From an uncultured archaeon (GTDB lineage: Archaea; Thermoplasmatota; Poseidoniia; MGIII; CG-Epi1): a stretch of DNA of 52,722 nt. The position numbers and the translations under genes are program-made. Of this stretch, positions 46,958-52,722 are shown in pieces (within the stretch, counting starts at the first letter, position 1; each line of letters starts with the position of its first letter). Location of the stretch: positions 1 through 52,722 of the forward strand of contig CAZWJS010000001.1 of NCBI GenBank assembly GCA_964634895.1, given 5' to 3'. The notes below the pieces were generated by a model. The model was given only the letters and a program-made list of their open reading frames with translations, made no database searches and was not told where the DNA came from.

Positions 46958-47167
46958 ATGCTTATGAGACGAAGACATATCCTTGGAACGCACGACAAAA
47001 CACTTTGCGGCTGGTCAGTTACAACCGGAGAGTTAGCTCAATTAAAGAAAATGGATAATAAGTATGTCAATTGTAAACGTTGTTTAGACAAATTAGATGC
47101 AGCAGCTTTTTTTGAATCCTCATCTCTAAAACCGAATAGAAAATCAGGTGCATCACTTAATGTCTAA
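46958..47167 (+). CDS. Hypothetical small protein with an H/C-x-C..CxxC putative metal-binding pattern
   Basis: The sequence MLMRRRHILGTHDKTLCGW....VNCKRCLDKL is basic. Its stop overlaps the start of the beta-propeller gene (ATGTCTAA). Coding status is uncertain. Confidence 0.3.
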   Translation: MLMRRRHILGTHDKTLCGWSVTTGELAQLKKMDNKYVNCKRCLDKLDAAAFFESSSLKPNRKSGASLNV

Positions 47168-49604
47168 AAAAATAGAAGTTTTTGGTAAATCATTCAATGA
47201 ACCGCGAGCAATAGCAAGTTTATCAGGATCACAACCTGAACCCTTCGGAGGTATTCCTTCTGGAGTTTTTGCAGTTTTTGCAGTATTGATTTTAGCTTTA
47301 TCCTTAAATTCTTATTTTCCCGAAGATGAATCACCTCCCTCAGAAATGCCTTTAACAGAGGCCCAGACTACTTATTTGGAAACTATACTATCAGACCGTT
47401 CACGTTCTTCGCCTATATTGTCTAATTATGATTCTTGCGGCTTTCTTGAAATGGATTTGAAAGATCATTTGAAAGAAGAAATGCGTGTAAATTTAGGTAC
47501 TGGTTATGCTTCTCCCTTTGGTAATTTCGAGACGTGGGCAATGGATGAGGGCGTTGGTATTTTAGAATCTACGGCCAGTCCCGAAAAGAGTTCATCTGAC
47601 ACTCAGGAAGGAAACGACTATTCTGGGACTAATAATCAGGAACAGGGCGTCGACGAAGCGGATTTTGTTAAGACAGATGGTTCATATATTTATTTGGTAA
47701 ATCAAGATTATAATTATTGGGATGTTTATCCTTCTGGTAATTTACATATTTTTGATATTCCCGAAGCAGGAAATATTTCATATCTGTCAAATATAACTAT
47801 AGAAGGCCATCCCAAAGAGCTACTTCTTGTAGATGACAAAGCTATAATTTATTCTAATGTATATATATATTCATATTATGATGAGACACACCCTCTCGAC
47901 CCTTATGTAAAGGTTGAATACAAGAAAGAAAAACCACATTCAGTAGAAAGTGAATCTAAGGAGGAATCTAATACAGTTGAATCGAGTGATAGTGATGGGT
48001 CTAGGAGTCATGAAGAGATAGAGTACGAGTATGATTATTATTATCGTACAACTTCATTAACAAAACTTACAGTATTAGATTTAACAAATAGAAGTTCACC
48101 TCAAATCTCTAAAGAATTATATATAGAGGGAGGTTACCAAACCGCTAGGGAATCTAAGGGCACAGTTCGTATGGTGTCCTATGGTTGGATGGATGTTCCT
48201 GAATTAAGAACTTGGTTAGATTTCGATTATAGTTATTGGGAACTTGATTGGGAAAGCTCAGAGAGGGAGCTGATATGGATGGAGAAAATGAATGAAACAG
48301 TCTCTTACAATGATAAGATAATTGATTCAGTACCTCTTGATAATTTACTTCCTAGAATATACGAAAGATCAGGGCAGAATATCACAGTCCATAAATATTC
48401 TGAATCAGGGGCTGGTAACTGTCAAAATTTTGCTGCATCTTCAGATGGAGCAGGCCGAGGCATTAGTTCAATTTTAACTTTAGACCTTCTCAACGAAAAT
48501 TTTAGTTTTAACGCAGACCATATACTTAGTAATCAGGCAACAGTTTATGCATCTGGAGACGTTTTGCTTCTAGCAGAGTCAGCTTGGGATTCATGGTGGT
48601 TTTGGTGGGGTGATGAGATTAGTGAAAATAATGAAATGACAAATATCCATGTTTTTAATATATCAGGTCAAGGCCAAACAGACTATGTAGCTAGTGGTCG
48701 TATTAACGGAACAATAAACAATCAATTTTCTTTGTCTGAATATGAAGGATACATTAGAGTTTGCTCTACTACAGGTCAATGGGGTCGCTGGTGGATAGAA
48801 GACCCTGAGCCTATGGAAAACCATGTTTTTGTTTTAGGCCTCAGTACACATGGAAATGAATATGAGGTTGTTGGTCATGTAGGAGGAATAGCAAAGGACG
48901 AAAGCATTTGGTCTTCACGTTTTGTTGGAGAAAAGGCATATCTTGTAACTTTTAGAAATATAGATCCTTTATGGACGATTGATTTGAGTAATCCTACAAA
49001 TCCAAAGGTAATTGGAGAGCTTGAAATACCAGGTGTATCAACTTATATTCACCCAATGGGTGAGAATCATCTTCTTACAATAGGCATTGGAGGTAATGAT
49101 GACGGCCTTGAATGGGGTGTTACTCAAGTTTCAATATTTGATGTTAGTGATTTTTCAAATCCTCAATTAACGAGCTCTATGAAGCTTACTCCTGAGCCCC
49201 AAGGTGCAGGATATTCATACAGCGAAGCAACTTATGAGCACAAGGCATTCCAATATTGGGAAGAGGATAATCTCCTTGCAGTACCCTTATCAACCAGTAG
49301 ATGGTTTGAGAATGGTTATGAGTATGTCTCCAAATTGCAGCTCATAAATGCAAAACCAGACGAGGAGCTTACACTCTATAGTGAAGTTGATCATTCTTTA
49401 TTCTATAGACCGAATTATTGGTGGGACAATACAGATATTAGACGTAGCATTTTCATGGGCGGTGGAGATTATATTTATGCGATTAGTGAAAAGGCCATTA
49501 CTTCTCATAAAGTTGATACAATGGAAATGATAGGGTTTGCAGAAATCCCTTCAAATAATAAACCAGCTTTTGATGAGTCAGATTCAAAGAGACATAGTAG
49601 CTAA
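47160..49604 (+). CDS. N-terminally TM-anchored secreted beta-propeller domain protein (PF09826-like)
   Basis: The TM anchor is GVFAVFAVLILALSL. The hallmarks GTNNQEQGVDEADFVKTDGSYIYLV, LSEYEGYIRV and SRFVGEKAYLVTFRNIDPLWTIDLSNPTNPKVIGELEIPGVSTYIHP are present. ATG 47160, with an AGGTG SD-like motif 9 nt upstream, is preferred over GTG 47148. Confidence 0.7.
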   Translation: MSKKIEVFGKSFNEPRAIASLSGSQPEPFGGIPSGVFAVFAVLILALSLNSYFPEDESPPSEMPLTEAQTTYLETILSDRSRSSPILSNYDSCGFLEMDLKDHLKEEMRVNLGTGYASPFGNFETWAMDEGVGILESTASPEKSSSDTQEGNDYSGTNNQEQGVDEADFVKTDGSYIYLVNQDYNYWDVYPSGNLHIFDIPEAGNISYLSNITIEGHPKELLLVDDKAIIYSNVYIYSYYDETHPLDPYVKVEYKKEKPHSVESESKEESNTVESSDSDGSRSHEEIEYEYDYYYRTTSLTKLTVLDLTNRSSPQISKELYIEGGYQTARESKGTVRMVSYGWMDVPELRTWLDFDYSYWELDWESSERELIWMEKMNETVSYNDKIIDSVPLDNLLPRIYERSGQNITVHKYSESGAGNCQNFAASSDGAGRGISSILTLDLLNENFSFNADHILSNQATVYASGDVLLLAESAWDSWWFWWGDEISENNEMTNIHVFNISGQGQTDYVASGRINGTINNQFSLSEYEGYIRVCSTTGQWGRWWIEDPEPMENHVFVLGLSTHGNEYEVVGHVGGIAKDESIWSSRFVGEKAYLVTFRNIDPLWTIDLSNPTNPKVIGELEIPGVSTYIHPMGENHLLTIGIGGNDDGLEWGVTQVSIFDVSDFSNPQLTSSMKLTPEPQGAGYSYSEATYEHKAFQYWEEDNLLAVPLSTSRWFENGYEYVSKLQLINAKPDEELTLYSEVDHSLFYRPNYWWDNTDIRRSIFMGGGDYIYAISEKAITSHKVDTMEMIGFAEIPSNNKPAFDESDSKRHSS

Positions 49605-49637
49605 ATTGTAAATAAGGAGTATAATTGTTGAATTGCT

Positions 49638-50312
49638 ATGATTCAGTTAATTGATTTACAAAGGCACTATGAGATGGCCTCTGAGACTATTAAAGCATTA
49701 GATGGCATAAATCTCAATATTCTTGCAGGAGAGAGAGTGGTTTTATTGGGGCCTTCAGGTTCTGGAAAGACAACTCTACTGAATTGTATATCTGGATTAG
49801 ATACACCTACTGGTGGTAAATATTCGTTTGAAGGAAATACAGTAAAAGGGAGTAGCGAAGATTTAACAACATTTCGTAGAAAAAATGTAGGTTATGTGTT
49901 TCAATTTTTCAATCTACTCCAAGACTTGACAGTACTAGAAAACGTTCTTTTAATTCAAGAACTTTCAGGTCAACGTGATACAGAACGCGCTAAAGAAGTC
50001 CTAAGATTAGTGGGTTTGGAGGAAGAGATGGATCGTTTTCCCTCTGAAATCAGTGGAGGTCAACAGCAACGCGTTGCCATCGCTAGAAGTATAGCTAAGA
50101 ATCCTAAATTACTTCTAGGTGATGAATTAACTGGTAATTTGGATACCGAGACCTCTGCTAAAGTAATGGAGGTTTTAGTTGAAGCTTGTAAAAAAGAATG
50201 TATAACGATGATCATGGTCACACATGATGAGTCTCTGTCAAAATATGGAACGCGTGTTATTCGTCTTGATAGTGGTAAAGTAAAGTCAGATGAGCAGGTA
50301 AAATCAGAGTAA
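49638..50312 (+). CDS. ABC transporter ATP-binding protein (MacB/LolD-like)
   Basis: Walker A GPSGSGKTT, Q-loop, signature SGGQQQRVAIAR, Walker B LLLGDE and H-loop VTHD are all present. Confidence 0.9.
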   Translation: MIQLIDLQRHYEMASETIKALDGINLNILAGERVVLLGPSGSGKTTLLNCISGLDTPTGGKYSFEGNTVKGSSEDLTTFRRKNVGYVFQFFNLLQDLTVLENVLLIQELSGQRDTERAKEVLRLVGLEEEMDRFPSEISGGQQQRVAIARSIAKNPKLLLGDELTGNLDTETSAKVMEVLVEACKKECITMIMVTHDESLSKYGTRVIRLDSGKVKSDEQVKSE

Positions 50313-52722
50313 TGTCATCCCTTCTGACTAAAAGATTAACCCGTAGCCTTTGGAGAACCAAAATACGATTAGTTGCAGTTATTTTTATGGTAGTTATAGG
50401 TGTTTTAGGAGGAATTTCAATGGGAGGTTATGCAACTAATGTGTCAGTACTCTATGACAACATATATGAGGATGATGAAGATGGTGTAAACCTTCCAGAT
50501 ATTTGGGTAAATCTTCCAGTTGGGACCTGGTCTGATCAAGAGTCCCAGAACCTTTGTGACAAGTTTGAGGAGGATTTTCCAGTTGATTCACCTAGAATCG
50601 ACAAATGTGAACCTCGCCTAGTTCTTGATGGAACTCTTTTCCATCAGGGCAATCCAGTTACAGCAGTTTGGCATGGTATTGATGAGGGCGAAGTTGATAA
50701 GGTTTGGATACCGGATCATGATTGTTGCGAGGGAAGAATTGCGCAAACGGCAACAGAAGTTGTAATTGATGTACATGTGGCTGAGGATTTGGATATTTCG
50801 GTTGGAAGTTCAGTATCTTTAGGAGCTGGCGAAGGTCGCATGAATTTCACAGTTGTTGGTCTAGGCTATCAATCAAGCCACTTCTGGTTCGTACCAGAGG
50901 GTTCACTTGTTCCAGCTGAAGAGGGTACTTATGTCACAGGTTATCTAACATCTGAGGGACTTGAGAATCTTGCCAATCTCACTTCAGGTTCATCAAACAA
51001 AATTCTAATTGACCTGGAGGGAACACCTAGCTTTGATCTCCCCTCAACTGAGAAGTTTGAAGGAGATGAAATCAGTCCCGTAAAATTCCACGTAAAAGAA
51101 GTTTTATTGGATGAAGATTCAGGAACAGCCACAGTAAATGATAGGGGAGAGACGCCAGCAGTAGAATTATTGAGAGCGGATCTTGAAGGTGCTCAAAAGA
51201 GCTTTCCGGCAGTCACGACAATGTTAGTCATTGTGGCCTCAATAACGATAATACTTAGCCTACAAAGATTGATACAAAGCCAGTCGCGTGAAATAGCAAT
51301 AATGCGGACTCTAGGAGTTCCTAGAAATTCGATTATGATAGGTTATATGCTCGCACCTTTGGCAATTGGATTGATTGGTAGCGCCCTAGGTGTTTTACTG
51401 GGAGTCTTTTTTGGAATCAGAGCAATGCTAGATATTTATGAAAATATAATAGGTCTTCCAATTTTAAATGAAGCAGTTGATTGGAATATGGTTGCAGAGA
51501 TAGTAGCAATTGCGATGGTAATTGTCTTTTTGTCTGGAATCTGGCCAGCTTGGAAAGCTTCAAGAATGAAACCATTAGAAGTTCTGAGTGGTCAACACGA
51601 AGTAAGAGTAGGTTCTAAATTTCTTCAAACTTTGACTGCTGATTTGCCTACTACTATTGGTTTGACAATTCGTTCAAGTCTGCGCAAGCCTATTCGTTTG
51701 AGTCTGACTTTCTTAGCTGTCGGTTTGTCTATGGTGATTTACGGTTCAATGCTAATGTTTGCAGGCTCCATGACTGACATTTTAGTGGATAATTTGGAGG
51801 AAGGTCAGCAGTGGGACGCTCAGGCCCTCATTCCTGAAGGTGGACCAGAGGAGATAATAACTTGGTCGAACGATAACAATGCAACGTATGAATTAGTTAT
51901 AGAATATCCTTTTGGAACGATTGAGGACGATGAAGGAAAGGCGAAGCCATTCACTGCAATAGGCCTAGAAAAATTTGCTACAGAGGGCTCAGCTATGCGC
52001 TTGGTCAACCTAGTTGATGGAGAGCTTCCATCTAAGGAAACAGCTCCAGCTCAAATTTTAGCAGATGAGGGGACCGCAGCTTTACTTGATTGGGATTTGA
52101 ATGAAAAGCGAACATTGAAACTTGGAACTATGGAGATTGAAGTTGAACTTGTTGGCACAACGCGTGGAGAAATTTCTCGAACTATCTATTTCCATCGCAC
52201 TTTCTTAGAGAATGATATAGGAATAGAAGCGACATCAGTGTATATCAGATTAGAGGAAGGAGGTTCAGTTGACGGTAATCTAGCAGACGTTTCACAAGGT
52301 GTGGTTGAAAAAAAAAATCTGCTTTCCGGTACTGAAAAGCTTCTGGAACAACAAACGCAATTTCTTGGAGTCTTCATATTTCTTGGGATTCTAGTTGCAG
52401 CAGCAGTTCTGTTCAATACATTGATAATGAACCTTGCAGAGAGAGATTTAGAATTATCAACCTTGAGAGTTCTCGGTGCATCGACGAATCGTTTGGGTTC
52501 AATGCTTATTGGTGAAAATTTTTCTATTGGCCTAGTTGGTGGTACGTTTGGCGCTATTTTTGCTTATCTTGGTACTGTTTATTTAGCGAGTGTATTTTCT
52601 TCATGGGCTTTCTATATCACTGTAGTTCCCAGTATTGATGTGGTTATCTTCCTGATTGCTACAGTTCTGATAATATCTCTAGCTATAACTCCCTATGGAA
52701 TTTGGAGATTGAGGAGAATGGA
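50312..52722 (+). CDS. FtsX/MacB-type ABC permease, duplicated (two 4-TM modules with large extracytoplasmic domains); 3' end outside the window
   Basis: I translated this frame by eye from ATG 50312 (overlapping the TAA of the ATPase by 1 nt) to the window end and found no stop. FtsX motifs are SQSREIAIMRTLGVPRNSI and ERDLELSTLRVLGASTNRL. The supplied ORF track omits it because it is open-ended. Confidence 0.8.
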   Translation, partial: MSSLLTKRLTRSLWRTKIRLVAVIFMVVIGVLGGISMGGYATNVSVLYDNIYEDDEDGVNLPDIWVNLPVGTWSDQESQNLCDKFEEDFPVDSPRIDKCEPRLVLDGTLFHQGNPVTAVWHGIDEGEVDKVWIPDHDCCEGRIAQTATEVVIDVHVAEDLDISVGSSVSLGAGEGRMNFTVVGLGYQSSHFWFVPEGSLVPAEEGTYVTGYLTSEGLENLANLTSGSSNKILIDLEGTPSFDLPSTEKFEGDEISPVKFHVKEVLLDEDSGTATVNDRGETPAVELLRADLEGAQKSFPAVTTMLVIVASITIILSLQRLIQSQSREIAIMRTLGVPRNSIMIGYMLAPLAIGLIGSALGVLLGVFFGIRAMLDIYENIIGLPILNEAVDWNMVAEIVAIAMVIVFLSGIWPAWKASRMKPLEVLSGQHEVRVGSKFLQTLTADLPTTIGLTIRSSLRKPIRLSLTFLAVGLSMVIYGSMLMFAGSMTDILVDNLEEGQQWDAQALIPEGGPEEIITWSNDNNATYELVIEYPFGTIEDDEGKAKPFTAIGLEKFATEGSAMRLVNLVDGELPSKETAPAQILADEGTAALLDWDLNEKRTLKLGTMEIEVELVGTTRGEISRTIYFHRTFLENDIGIEATSVYIRLEEGGSVDGNLADVSQGVVEKKNLLSGTEKLLEQQTQFLGVFIFLGILVAAAVLFNTLIMNLAERDLELSTLRVLGASTNRLGSMLIGENFSIGLVGGTFGAIFAYLGTVYLASVFSSWAFYITVVPSIDVVIFLIATVLIISLAITPYGIWRLRRM

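Noticed and set aside
52308-52317. A run of 10 A inside the FtsX permease gene as a possible frameshift or pseudogene site
   Set aside because: The reading frame stays open and the protein sequence remains FtsX-like on both sides, so there is no evidence of disruption.
1-52722. Search for CRISPR arrays, IS elements, transposases, integrases, prophage genes, toxin-antitoxin pairs or known defence systems
   Set aside because: I saw no regularly spaced direct repeats. No DDE, serine or tyrosine recombinase motifs appear in any ORF. Intergenic space is too small to hide such elements, the largest spacer being 162 nt.

Overview
This is a very gene-dense, low-GC archaeal chromosomal segment with about 46 CDS and 3 tRNA genes. 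Most gene junctions are 10 nt or shorter, or overlap. Archaeal informational markers are present: fibrillarin, Topo VI subunit B, the S19e-L39e-L31e-aIF6 cluster, deoxyhypusine synthase, TrmY, archaeal-type AlaRS and a Hef-like helicase. They sit beside bacterial-type GyrA and type IA TopA, an OPT transporter and large surface proteins. By inference this fits a marine planktonic Thermoplasmatota lineage similar to Marine Group II (Poseidoniales). The rest is mostly housekeeping: purH, ilvE, aminotransferase, nucleotide-sugar enzymes, myo-inositol-1-phosphate synthase, thiamine salvage, RNA methyltransferases and a MacB-type ABC transporter truncated at the window end. I found no CRISPR array, transposase, integrase, rRNA or recognisable defence system, and no convincing self-contained novel system. 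The candidates most worth follow-up are: (1) a eukaryote-type DHCR24/DWF1-like flavoenzyme in an AT-rich gene; (2) an HTH-ThiN regulator, SSS transporter and thiamine pyrophosphokinase module with a palindromic operator candidate; (3) a bacterial-type TopA with its Zn-finger tail replaced by three novel repeats, translationally coupled to a nuclease-less Hef-like helicase; (4) GyrA with a C-terminal C4 zinc ribbon; (5) deoxyhypusine synthase overlapping a DDAH-family guanidino-modifying enzyme; (6) a 1778-aa Lhr helicase with a duplicated winged-helix C-terminal half; (7) a TM-anchored beta-propeller protein next to the MacB-like ABC exporter. Because the genome is so compact, adjacency and overlap are weak evidence of functional linkage. 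All function calls rest on motif recognition by eye, not on database searches.
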